From an uncultured Gammaproteobacteria bacterium (GTDB taxonomy: Bacteria; Patescibacteriota; Microgenomatia; Levybacterales; UBA12049): a stretch of 64,000 nt of DNA. The translations under genes and the position numbers were made by a program. The notes below the pieces were generated by a model. It did not search any database. It saw only the letters and a program-made list of their open reading frames with translations, and was not told the DNA's origin. Numbering within the stretch: position 1 is the first letter of the stretch; the number at the start of each line of letters is the position of its first letter. Where the stretch lies: the NCBI GenBank assembly GCA_964416505.1, contig CAYQEJ010000006.1, forward strand, positions 13,827 through 77,826. The letters run 5' to 3'. Below, in pieces: positions 20,061-29,590 of this stretch.

Positions 20061-20117
20061 AAACTAAGTATATTGTATTTAAAAATTAGTATCTAGTGTG
20101 AAGGGGTAAAACAAAAT

Positions 20118-22541
20118 TTAATAGTGAGTTTTTTTGAAAGGTCTTCTTCCGCCAGATCTAGGATTATTTCTTCGGAAATTTTCTTCGCGTTCACGTCTGA
20201 ATTGCATAGCAAGGGGGTGATCTGAAGGTCCAGCATTTGGATCATCATGACGAGGTCCTTTTAAAGGCGCAGCTTGTTCAAAATCTCCACCTCTATCATT
20301 TCTTGGTGCAAAATCTCTTCTTGGTCCACGACTTCCTCCTCTTCCCCTAAATCCTCCACCGTCTCTTCTTGGACCTCTATCTTCAAAACCACCCCGGTCT
20401 CCACTTCTTTCTCCTCCACCAGATGGCTTATCAGCATCAGGACCAAATTTCATTGAAAGATTTATCCTTCCCTGTTCATCAATCTCAATAACCCTAACTT
20501 TTACTTTATCTCCAATATTAACTACGTCTGCCGGATTTTTTACGTACTCTGAAGACATCTGAGATACATGAACCATTCCTTCTTTTCCAGGTAGGAATTC
20601 TACGAAAGCTCCAAATGGAAGCATTCTCTTAACTTCTGCTTCTTCAAAAATTTCTCCAGGACGTACTTCTCTCATCATATTTGAGATCCAATCAGTTGCA
20701 GACTTAACAGCTACACCATCAACTCCGGAAATAGTTACGCTTCCATCATCTTCTACATCAACCTGTGCTCCAGTTGTAGCAATAATATGTTTAATATTTT
20801 TTCCGCCTGGTCCGATAAGCTCTCCAATTTTATCTACTGGAATTTTTACTGTTTCAATCTTTGGAGCATATTCAGAAAGATTTTTTCTTGGCTCAGGTAA
20901 AGTTTTGAAAACAAGATCCAAGATCTGCATCCTTGCGGTCTTTGCACGATCTAAAATATTTTTTATTTGTTCGTCAGTAAGCCCTGGAATCTTTACATCA
21001 AGTTGAATTGCTGTAACTCCAGAATCTGTTCCTGCAACTTTAAAATCCATGTCTCCCGAGAAATCTTCAAGACCAATAATATCTGTTAGAAGTTCATATT
21101 TTTTATCATCAGACATCATTCCAATCGAAATTCCAGCAACTGGTTTTTTAATTGGAACTCCTGCATCCATAAGAGCTAGCGTAGAACCGCAAGTTGAAGC
21201 CATAGAGCTTGATCCGTTTTGAGACAAAACCTCCGAAACAACTCTAATTGTGTAAGGAAAATCAGCTTGAGATGGAATAACAGCTTCAAGCGCTCTTTCA
21301 GCTAATGCACCATGTCCAATTTCACGTCTAGATGGAGTCCCAACACGTCCAGTTTGACCAAATGAATAAGGAAGCCCTGAATAATGATGAATATATCTCT
21401 TTTCTTCTTCTCCTTCTGCTGATTCAATAAGCTGTCCCATTCTAGGAGATCCTAAAGTCGCAATAGATAATGCTTGAGTTATTCCTCTTTGAAAAAGCGC
21501 TGATCCATGAGTACGGGGTAAAATTCCAACTCTTGCCTGAAGAGGTCTTATTTCATCCATTTTTCTTCCGTCTGCTCTTTTACCTTTTTCAATAACATTT
21601 GATCTAATGATCTTAAACATCACTTTTTCAATTGCAGCAGCAATAGTCTTCTTATCTAATTCTGAAGATGAGTCTTTGAGCTTTGTATCTTCATAAATTT
21701 TGTCAATTAAAGCTCCAGTTTCATCTCCGCCACCTTCTTTATTTACCCGAGATTCAATAAGATTTTGAACATCTTCCTTATATGATTTTTCAATTATTCC
21801 AATTACTTCATAAAGACCTGTTTCTTCCGGAACTGCTAATTTTTCCTGTCCTGCTTTTGCAGCTAATTCTTCTATTCCTTTAATTATGGTTTGTGTCTCA
21901 ATATGTGCTTTTTCAATTGCTTCCATCAAAGTCTCTTCTGGAATTTGATTTGCTCCAGCTTCAATCATGACAGTTTTATCTTTACTTTGAGAAACTACGA
22001 GGTCGAGATCTGAAAATTGCTGCTCTAATCCTGGGTTAATAATGCATGCACTTCCTCCACCTTCTACATTTTCTTTAACACAACCGATTCTTACCGCTCC
22101 GATTGGACCATTCCAAGGAATTCTTGAGATCGCAATTGCAGCTGAAACAGCATTCAAAGCTACTATATCTGCATCATTTTCACCATCAACCGATAATACA
22201 GTTACGATTACTTGAACTTCATTTTTAAAAGCCTTAGGGAAAAGTGGTCTAACAGAACGATCGATTAGGCGTCCTGCAAGAATTGCTTCATCACTTGGTC
22301 TTCCTTCTCTTTTTACCCAACGTGAACCTTTAATTTTTCCACCTGCATAAAGACGCTCTTGGTATTCAATCGACAATGGAAAATAATCTAAATCGGTTTT
22401 TCCACCTTCAACAACCGTAACCAAAACTACGGTATCTCCCATGCGAGCCAAAATTGAAGATGTTGACTGAATAGCCAACTCTCCTGTTTCAAAGGATAAT
22501 TTTTTTCCTGCTAATTCTATTTCTATTGAGGCTTTTTTCAT
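20118..22541 (-). CDS. pnp: polyribonucleotide nucleotidyltransferase
   Basis: RLIDRSVRPLFP, RREIGHG, GDMDFKVAG, KH and S1 domains. Confidence 0.98.
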   Translation of the reverse strand: MKKASIEIELAGKKLSFETGELAIQSTSSILARMGDTVVLVTVVEGGKTDLDYFPLSIEYQERLYAGGKIKGSRWVKREGRPSDEAILAGRLIDRSVRPLFPKAFKNEVQVIVTVLSVDGENDADIVALNAVSAAIAISRIPWNGPIGAVRIGCVKENVEGGGSACIINPGLEQQFSDLDLVVSQSKDKTVMIEAGANQIPEETLMEAIEKAHIETQTIIKGIEELAAKAGQEKLAVPEETGLYEVIGIIEKSYKEDVQNLIESRVNKEGGGDETGALIDKIYEDTKLKDSSSELDKKTIAAAIEKVMFKIIRSNVIEKGKRADGRKMDEIRPLQARVGILPRTHGSALFQRGITQALSIATLGSPRMGQLIESAEGEEEKRYIHHYSGLPYSFGQTGRVGTPSRREIGHGALAERALEAVIPSQADFPYTIRVVSEVLSQNGSSSMASTCGSTLALMDAGVPIKKPVAGISIGMMSDDKKYELLTDIIGLEDFSGDMDFKVAGTDSGVTAIQLDVKIPGLTDEQIKNILDRAKTARMQILDLVFKTLPEPRKNLSEYAPKIETVKIPVDKIGELIGPGGKNIKHIIATTGAQVDVEDDGSVTISGVDGVAVKSATDWISNMMREVRPGEIFEEAEVKRMLPFGAFVEFLPGKEGMVHVSQMSSEYVKNPADVVNIGDKVKVRVIEIDEQGRINLSMKFGPDADKPSGGGERSGDRGGFEDRGPRRDGGGFRGRGGSRGPRRDFAPRNDRGGDFEQAAPLKGPRHDDPNAGPSDHPLAMQFRREREENFRRNNPRSGGRRPFKKTHY

Positions 22542-22603
22542 TTATTTTTCTTACTTTCCCACACACTACTAAAATTTTGAAGGTTAATGAAGTTTAATAA
22601 AAA

Positions 22604-22873
22604 TTAATCTTTCAATCCAACTTTTTTAGTAATATCTCCTGCTCTTATTTTATCAACTTTTGTTAAAAAGTTAATAAGTCTTCTTCTTTTTGCAATCATA
22701 GATAAAAGTCCACGTCTTGAATGAACATCATGACCGTGTGCTTTTAAATGCTCTGTCAATCTTTCGATTCTTGTTGTAAGAAGTGCTATCTGAACTTCTG
22801 GGCTTCCTGTATCTCCTTTTGCAGTTGCAAATTTATTTATAATTTCTTGTTTTTCTGTTGTTGTTAATGGCAT
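22604..22873 (-). CDS. rpsO: 30S ribosomal protein S15
   Basis: DTGSPEVQIALLT...HSRRGLL; start reassigned to ATG 22873 (MPLTTTEK). Confidence 0.96.
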   Translation of the reverse strand: MPLTTTEKQEIINKFATAKGDTGSPEVQIALLTTRIERLTEHLKAHGHDVHSRRGLLSMIAKRRRLINFLTKVDKIRAGDITKKVGLKD

Positions 22874-22904
22874 ATAGGTTCGTATTATATCAGAATTTTG
22901 AGGC

Positions 22905-23903
22905 TTACTCAACATTCGTTGAGCCCTTGTATATTTTAGGGGCCAACCAGTCTGGTGGAGCGTCATCTTTTGCCTGCGCTGAGCCTACCGACTGAACATC
23001 TTTAGGAAATTCTCTTACTCTTCTTTGTAAGCTTGCTAAGCTATCCTGAACTGGTGCTGGCTGAAATGGATTCACTGGATTAACTGGATTTGAATTAATT
23101 TGAGCTGCATTTGGTTGTGGCATTACATCATCTGTAAATGCATTTAAAGCTTGGGTATAATTTGGTCTTTGATTAGAAGCGCCTGCTGCTCTAACTGCTC
23201 CATTTCTTATAAGTATTCCCGCCATTTCAAAAGCTAAAGAGCTCGTAGATGGGCTTTGGAAATCATTTGTTGCAGCAACTATTCCACTAAGTAAATTTTG
23301 AGACACATCAGGATCTAGCGGATAAGCTAAGGTTAAAAGAATATTTGCGATTTGTTCAGAAACTGTTGATGCACCTTGACCAACTACTACAATGTCTCCA
23401 AATCCCTCATTTACTCCAGCTTTATCAATATTAACAATCGTAACTCCGTTAAGATCATTCATATTAAACATGCTTGTTAATTCTGACATTCTTCTTACTC
23501 CTATTGCTATTAAAACTTTTGGAGCTCCACCTGATCTTCTGAATAACACATCTTTCTCTCCAAATGAAAGAGAATTATCTTTAGGCTTAACAATGATATT
23601 TAAAAGGCCAGCTTCAAGAGTATATGAAACTTTTCCAATTTCATCTCCTTTATATGGGAAAGAAACTATTAAATCTCCACCAGCTCCTTCGAAAGAAGTT
23701 TTTACCCTATCGATTCCAACCAAGTTTGAGACTTCAACGAGTGGCTCTTTTGAAGAAATGATTGAAGCTGATTTACCCATTGATGTAAGAGTAAGATAAA
23801 GCGCTAAAGCTCCACCCATCTCATCAATTGTATAATTTGATCCTACAATAATTCCGAAGTTATTTTCTCTGTCAAAAATGTCTCTAAGTCTTTGAATATC
23901 CAT
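22905..23903 (-). CDS. degenerate DHH-family (NrnA-like) protein
   Basis: DHH-fold pattern (VNID...NEGFG, LLSGIVAATNDFQ) and syntenic position; DxD and DHH residues absent. Confidence 0.7.
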   Translation of the reverse strand: MDIQRLRDIFDRENNFGIIVGSNYTIDEMGGALALYLTLTSMGKSASIISSKEPLVEVSNLVGIDRVKTSFEGAGGDLIVSFPYKGDEIGKVSYTLEAGLLNIIVKPKDNSLSFGEKDVLFRRSGGAPKVLIAIGVRRMSELTSMFNMNDLNGVTIVNIDKAGVNEGFGDIVVVGQGASTVSEQIANILLTLAYPLDPDVSQNLLSGIVAATNDFQSPSTSSLAFEMAGILIRNGAVRAAGASNQRPNYTQALNAFTDDVMPQPNAAQINSNPVNPVNPFQPAPVQDSLASLQRRVREFPKDVQSVGSAQAKDDAPPDWLAPKIYKGSTNVE

Positions 23904-23934
23904 AAATTTGTAATAAGCAGTTCTATAGGCTTAT

Positions 23935-25356
23935 TTAGCTATGGCATATTACCATATCGCCTATCGCAAAGTCAATAGAAGGCCCTACTATTATTCCGGC
24001 CTCTTGACCTGCTTCAACTTTTGAGGTCTGATCTTTTCCTTGTCTAACTGAATTTATATAACCTTCCCCAATCACTTCTTCTTTTCTCTCAATCCTAACT
24101 TTATCTCCTTTAGCAACACGCCCTTCTACTACTTTTATTCCCATTACCTTTTGCTTTTCATAAGGGAAAATCGCCAAGACCTGAGCAACTCCATAAACTT
24201 CCTCGAGAAGAGACAGTGCTTTTCCTTCAACTACATCATTAATCTCATCTAGCATTTCGTAGATAATGCTGTAAGACTTTGCTAGGACTTTTTCAGTTGA
24301 AGCAAGACGCGCAATATCTGGTTTTATTTTTATATTAAATCCTAAAACAAATGCTCCGATTGACTTAGCGAGGAGTATATCAGCAGCTGTAATTTCACCT
24401 GTTTTCTTTGAAATTAAGTTTAATTTTTCTGGAATAGAAGCCGTAATTGCTTCAAGTGAACCAATTGTATCGGCAACCAGCATTATTGAAACATAGTCCT
24501 GATTATTTTTACGTTTATTTTCTTCCTTAATTTCTTTAACTTCACTCCCACGATTCACTACACTTCCTACGCTTGGAGCTTTCTCAAAACCTAAAATCTC
24601 AACAGCTTCTCCTACAGTCGCTGATTGAACCTGTTTTCCTGAATCTGAAATTAATCCTCTAACTTTTCCTGAAACTTCTCCTGTAGTTATTTCGTCTCTG
24701 ACATTTATAGTTCCATTTTTTATTATAACCGTAGCTTTCGGCCCTGCTTTAGGATCCTGCTTAGATTCAATTATAACTGCTTCAAGAAGACCTCCTGAAT
24801 TTATTTTTTCGTCCTTTGTACGAAGATCATTTACTAAAAGAATCAAATCTAAAAGTTCTTTAATGTTTGATCCTGCTTTTGCTGAAACTTCAATAATTGG
24901 CACATCTCCACCATAACCCTCAATTAAGACTTCTTCCTTCATTAATCCTTGTTTTGCTTTTTCAATGTTTTTTTGTGGATCATCAGATTTTGTTAAAACT
25001 ACTATATATGGCACTTTTGAAGCTTTAAGAAGAGAGATGCTTTCCTTTGTTTGGGGCATTACTCCATCAACAGAAGACACAATTAGAAGTCCTATATCCG
25101 CAGCTTGAGCACCTCTTCCTCTCATTTTCGCAAACGCTTCATGCCCAGGAGTATCTATAAAAGTAATTCTTCTTTTTTCCCCTTCGTGGTCTACTTCTAC
25201 AGTAGACGCTCCAATTTTTTGCGTAATTCCTCCAAATTCACGCGCTGCGACACCTGTTTTCCTGATTGTATCTAAAAGAGTGGTTTTACCATGGTCAACG
25301 TGGCCTAAGACTGCTACGACAGGAGGAAATTGATTAGATTCATTTTTTGTGTCCAT
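23935..25356 (-). CDS. infB: translation initiation factor IF-2, N-terminally minimal
   Basis: PPVVAVLGHVDHGKTTLLD, GGITQ, DTPGHEAF. Confidence 0.96.
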   Translation of the reverse strand: MDTKNESNQFPPVVAVLGHVDHGKTTLLDTIRKTGVAAREFGGITQKIGASTVEVDHEGEKRRITFIDTPGHEAFAKMRGRGAQAADIGLLIVSSVDGVMPQTKESISLLKASKVPYIVVLTKSDDPQKNIEKAKQGLMKEEVLIEGYGGDVPIIEVSAKAGSNIKELLDLILLVNDLRTKDEKINSGGLLEAVIIESKQDPKAGPKATVIIKNGTINVRDEITTGEVSGKVRGLISDSGKQVQSATVGEAVEILGFEKAPSVGSVVNRGSEVKEIKEENKRKNNQDYVSIMLVADTIGSLEAITASIPEKLNLISKKTGEITAADILLAKSIGAFVLGFNIKIKPDIARLASTEKVLAKSYSIIYEMLDEINDVVEGKALSLLEEVYGVAQVLAIFPYEKQKVMGIKVVEGRVAKGDKVRIERKEEVIGEGYINSVRQGKDQTSKVEAGQEAGIIVGPSIDFAIGDMVICHS

Positions 25357-25392
25357 ATATTAGATTCTTGAAGAAAAGCACAATTTCTCATA

Positions 25393-26571
25393 CTAGGATT
25401 CTTTTGGGTTTTCTTCGTCTTGAGATTCAATTTTGTCTTCAGGTTTTTTTGCTTCTGGACTTTCTACTGTTTCGTTTGCTTCAGTTGCTGGATTATCATT
25501 TTCTGGTTCAACATTTTCAAGAGTTTTTACCTCACCAGTATCAGGATTTTCTGCAGTCATAGGCTTAATTTCAGAAACTTCTTCAGCTACTTCTGCTGGT
25601 TTTTCTTTAGACTCTACTGCTCCCTCTTCTCCTTCTATTTCGATTCTATATCCTGTTAATTTTGATGCTAATCTCACATTTTGACCATCCTTACCAATTG
25701 CTAATGAAAGTTCATCCTGTGGAACTTTTACGCGAGCTGTTTTCTCTTTTTCGTCAATATCAACTGTTATATTTTTTGCTGGGCTTAATGCTTGAACTAA
25801 ATAATCTCTGGCATTTTCTTGCCATTGAATAATATCTATTTTTTCAAGCCCATTGAATTCTGCGATAATTGCTTGCACTCTTACACCTTTTTGTCCTACA
25901 CATGAACCTACTGGATCAATTCCAGGCTGAGATGAATAAACTGCAATCTTCGACCTATTTCCCGGTTCTCTTTCGATAGCCTTTATTTCAACTGATCCTT
26001 GAGCGACCTCTGGAACTTCACGCTTTAAAAGCCCTTCTAAAAGACCATTATCTGCTCGGGAAACAACTACTTCTTCTCCTTTTGGACCTTCATGAATTTC
26101 TTTTAAGAAGACTGTTATCCTTTGATTCAAATGATATTTTTCATTGGAAATTTGCTCGGAAACAGGCATGACTCCTTCTGCTTTTCCAACATCCACTATT
26201 ATATTTGGACCTGCAAACCTTAGAACCATTCCATTTACTATAGTTCCAATTCTTACTTTATAATCTGTAATAATAGCTTCTTTTTCTTTTTCTCTTATTT
26301 TTTGAAGAATTACCTGTTTTGCTGTTTGAGCCGCGATTCTTCCAAAACCAGGAGGTGTTACATCTAAGTCTTTGTGAAATATTTTTGCTTCTCCACTATT
26401 TGGATCAAGAGTTGCCGAATATTCTTCAACTTCAATTTCAGGATGATCTTTTCTATAAGCCGCGAGAATAGCGTTCTGAACTGTTTCCAGAACTATATTT
26501 GCGTCTATTCCTCTTTCGTTAGCTACTTGATTTAAAGCTAGTGCGAATTCACTTCTTTGAACTGCTGGCAT
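25393..26571 (-). CDS. nusA: transcription factor NusA
   Basis: FGRIAAQTAKQVI, REPGNRSKIAV, LAIGKDGQNVRLA. Confidence 0.97.
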   Translation of the reverse strand: MPAVQRSEFALALNQVANERGIDANIVLETVQNAILAAYRKDHPEIEVEEYSATLDPNSGEAKIFHKDLDVTPPGFGRIAAQTAKQVILQKIREKEKEAIITDYKVRIGTIVNGMVLRFAGPNIIVDVGKAEGVMPVSEQISNEKYHLNQRITVFLKEIHEGPKGEEVVVSRADNGLLEGLLKREVPEVAQGSVEIKAIEREPGNRSKIAVYSSQPGIDPVGSCVGQKGVRVQAIIAEFNGLEKIDIIQWQENARDYLVQALSPAKNITVDIDEKEKTARVKVPQDELSLAIGKDGQNVRLASKLTGYRIEIEGEEGAVESKEKPAEVAEEVSEIKPMTAENPDTGEVKTLENVEPENDNPATEANETVESPEAKKPEDKIESQDEENPKES

Positions 26572-26623
26572 AGTGGGATTAAGTATACCAGATTAGGAGG
26601 CTAGCTTCAAGGCAATAATAGAC

Positions 26624-29011
26624 TTATTTATTATTTTTCCTAACAGAAGCGCCCTTAACACTTGGCCCAAAAAGATCAGTCAGGAGAGCATTCGACTGAT
26701 TAATCAGATTCTCATATCTTCTCATCTGATCATAATCGCTTTCACTTAACCATTCCTTTTTAGTAATTTTATTATTTATATATAATGCAATTTCATTTTC
26801 TTCCTTAAGAAGATCTACTGCTTTTTTGATCTTAATTTGATCTTTACTCGAATCCCCTATCCAAGTTTTTATAACGACTAATACTTCCGATGAATTACTT
26901 GCCTCTTTTGACCAATATTGAACTTCCTTGTCTGTATAAGTTGGAACACCGTCAACCAAAGAAAAATTTTTATTTATATTTTCTTTTGGCCAACATGAAG
27001 AGCGACATCCGCCTACGATATTTGTAATATTTGTCTTTAAAAGGAATCCCCAATTTCTTGAGTCCATACTATATTCCCTATTGTCTCCTAGAATTACGTA
27101 ACTATTCGCTGGTATTTCGATTACGCTTCCTTCTTTAATAAATGCATCACCATAAGTTTTTGTATTACCAACATATCCCTCAACAAGTCTTTGATCATTG
27201 ATATAAACATTTCCACCTAATATCTTTAACTTTTCACCCGGTAATCCGATTATTCTTCCTATTCTATGTTCAGATAAATTTCTTGGAAATTTATATATAA
27301 CAACATCGCCCCTATTGATTAGATCTCTATTCTCATCAAAACCAGTAGTCGAGTATTCTTCAGTATTCATGTAGCTAGGATTCATAGCGTCTCCATTAAT
27401 TACAAAATTTTTATGGCCTGGGAGCCAACCATTAAGAAGAAGATTTAGAACCACAAATCCACTAATGATCAAAATTATTACTGAAACAATTAAGTTCCAT
27501 AAGATTGGATGACTTCTAATCTTTTCTTCATTTGTTTTAAGATATCTTAAGCTAACCGATGAACCAATCCCCCTGTAAAACCACCCTTCAACTTCGACAT
27601 CTCGACCAATCAATTTCTTTACTTTCCGTAGAGCAAAAAATAAATTGCCAATAAATGAAAGCAGTGAATTGTAATTTAAAAAAGTTAAACCAGATTTATC
27701 CTGAAGCATAACATCTTCGCTAAAAACATATCCCGGAATACCTTTTCCAATTATTTTTCCATTAAGCCTAATCACTCTTCCTCTTATTGGAGAAGCATAT
27801 ATATTTCTCATCTCATCAATAATTGTTGTATCAGATGCTTTTCCAAATGGATGTGAATAAATTGTTTTTATTAATAACCCCATTGAAAAACCAATTAATG
27901 CAGCCCAAAGATTAATAAAATAAAAGGCAAAAACTGCAAGCATTATTGGCATAATTAAAACTAAGAGTCCTATAAAAAAGTTAACATACAGCTTTACTTT
28001 ATTTATTTTCAATCTTGTTATCGCGGCGTCTATATCAAATGAAAAAGGTTTTCCGAGTTTTTTCGATAGATCACTTAAGTGATCTATTCTCCTACCTGTT
28101 AAAGGGTGTGTTGATGATAGTTCTAATAATTTCGCCCACGGGCTGACACGATCATAAGCAAGTGCTTCTGCAATCAAATTTGGATTACTATTGGTTTCGT
28201 ATGTAATAAGCCCAACATTTTTAGCATTTTTTACATCCGTTATTCCTAAATGTCTTGTGCTCTGTAAAAGTCTTTTAGATTTATCATCATCTTTTGCCGC
28301 CACAATTCCATATGCAATCTTTATTAAAGCGTTGGATAAATCTTGAGGAGACGTAAGTTTTGCTGAAAATTCATCCGCTAATCTTTCCCTAATCCTACTC
28401 AAATAATAAAGTAAATAAACACTGACAATATATAGAGCATAAGAAGCTAAAGCGATCAACTTTAGATTTCCAGATTTCTTCCCTTTTGCTCTTATTAAAA
28501 CTGCGTAGATTTCATATAAAATCTGAACAAGCGTACTAGCTATCATCATTACGACAAAATCCCTATGAACTATATGCCCAAGCTCATGAGCAATTACTGC
28601 TTCCTGTTCATTTTCACTTAAATATTCGAATATACCCTCAGTAATTATTAATCTAGAGTTGTATCTTGCAGTTCCGTATGTAAAGGCGGTCGGATTCTTA
28701 TCAGGAATTATTCCAATTTTAGGAAATTTGAAATTATGCTCTGCGCAAACTTTTTTAATTAATTCTGCTAATTTTACATGTTTTTCTGTAAATTCTTGCT
28801 CAGTCTCGAAACTTATTTTATAAAAAATTTTATTAAAAAAATCAGTTAAAGCGGGAGAGATAATCCAGGAAATAAAATTTATTATTATCGTTAATCCAAT
28901 GGCAAAATAAACATTAAGTTGATCTAAATAAATTAATGATGCCAAAACTATAGCGAATACAAATGAAGTAATTAGTCCGAGAGTAAATAAAGATGCTCCA
29001 AAAAGCCTCAC
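26624..29011 (-). CDS. HtpX/M48 zinc protease fused to a signal-peptidase-I-like (S26) domain
   Basis: AHELGH, RERLAD, STHP; C-terminal RGDVVIY...RIIGLPGE...GDNREYSMDSR. Confidence 0.88.
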   Translation of the reverse strand: MRLFGASLFTLGLITSFVFAIVLASLIYLDQLNVYFAIGLTIIINFISWIISPALTDFFNKIFYKISFETEQEFTEKHVKLAELIKKVCAEHNFKFPKIGIIPDKNPTAFTYGTARYNSRLIITEGIFEYLSENEQEAVIAHELGHIVHRDFVVMMIASTLVQILYEIYAVLIRAKGKKSGNLKLIALASYALYIVSVYLLYYLSRIRERLADEFSAKLTSPQDLSNALIKIAYGIVAAKDDDKSKRLLQSTRHLGITDVKNAKNVGLITYETNSNPNLIAEALAYDRVSPWAKLLELSSTHPLTGRRIDHLSDLSKKLGKPFSFDIDAAITRLKINKVKLYVNFFIGLLVLIMPIMLAVFAFYFINLWAALIGFSMGLLIKTIYSHPFGKASDTTIIDEMRNIYASPIRGRVIRLNGKIIGKGIPGYVFSEDVMLQDKSGLTFLNYNSLLSFIGNLFFALRKVKKLIGRDVEVEGWFYRGIGSSVSLRYLKTNEEKIRSHPILWNLIVSVIILIISGFVVLNLLLNGWLPGHKNFVINGDAMNPSYMNTEEYSTTGFDENRDLINRGDVVIYKFPRNLSEHRIGRIIGLPGEKLKILGGNVYINDQRLVEGYVGNTKTYGDAFIKEGSVIEIPANSYVILGDNREYSMDSRNWGFLLKTNITNIVGGCRSSCWPKENINKNFSLVDGVPTYTDKEVQYWSKEASNSSEVLVVIKTWIGDSSKDQIKIKKAVDLLKEENEIALYINNKITKKEWLSESDYDQMRRYENLINQSNALLTDLFGPSVKGASVRKNNK

Positions 29012-29051
29012 GAAAATATAATTTCAAATTAAAATTAAGAAGTCAATTAGA

Positions 29052-29519
29052 TTAGAATTGATCCTGAGGAATATTGATGATTTTCGAATAATGTTTACCA
29101 CTTCTCATTTTTGTGTTAACTGTCAACTTCACATCTTTAGCTCTATGAAGCACACATCTTTTTCCAGAACAGCTACCAAATGGTATTTCATATCTTACAA
29201 AAGGCTTACCATTGATATTCCCTGTATAAATTTCCTTTCTCGGAATAAATGACCCTTCAACCCCGCCCCTTACACCATTATCTCTATTTGTATAATTTAA
29301 ATTATAATAAACATACTCTACCCCATTAAAATCTTCAAAATCTATAAATAAAGCTTTTTTGTCACTTCTCACGTAAGGTGTTGCGAAAACACCGTCGTTA
29401 TTTGTACTTGTCCATAAAGTTGTTGTTCTTTTAGTGGATGCAAAAGAGTTGTTATTTAATGTAGACAAAAAGAAAAAAGAAAGGAATAAGACTACGGGTA
29501 GAATAATCTTCAGTTTCAT
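29052..29519 (-). CDS. secreted hypothetical protein
   Basis: Signal peptide MKLKIILPVVLFL...SFA; FGSCSGKRCVLH; start reassigned to 29519. Confidence 0.75.
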   Translation of the reverse strand: MKLKIILPVVLFLSFFFLSTLNNNSFASTKRTTTLWTSTNNDGVFATPYVRSDKKALFIDFEDFNGVEYVYYNLNYTNRDNGVRGGVEGSFIPRKEIYTGNINGKPFVRYEIPFGSCSGKRCVLHRAKDVKLTVNTKMRSGKHYSKIINIPQDQF

Positions 29520-29590
29520 TAGTTTTATAATATAAACATAAAGACAATTGAACAATATACCTAAACAATAAATTACTAAATCAAAATATG

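Noticed and set aside
22874-22966. N-terminal extension of S15 (similar extensions on dnaJ, tatD, grpE and the Clp ATPase)
   Set aside because: Longest-ORF artefacts; downstream ATGs match family starts, adjacent -10 boxes or stop/start overlaps
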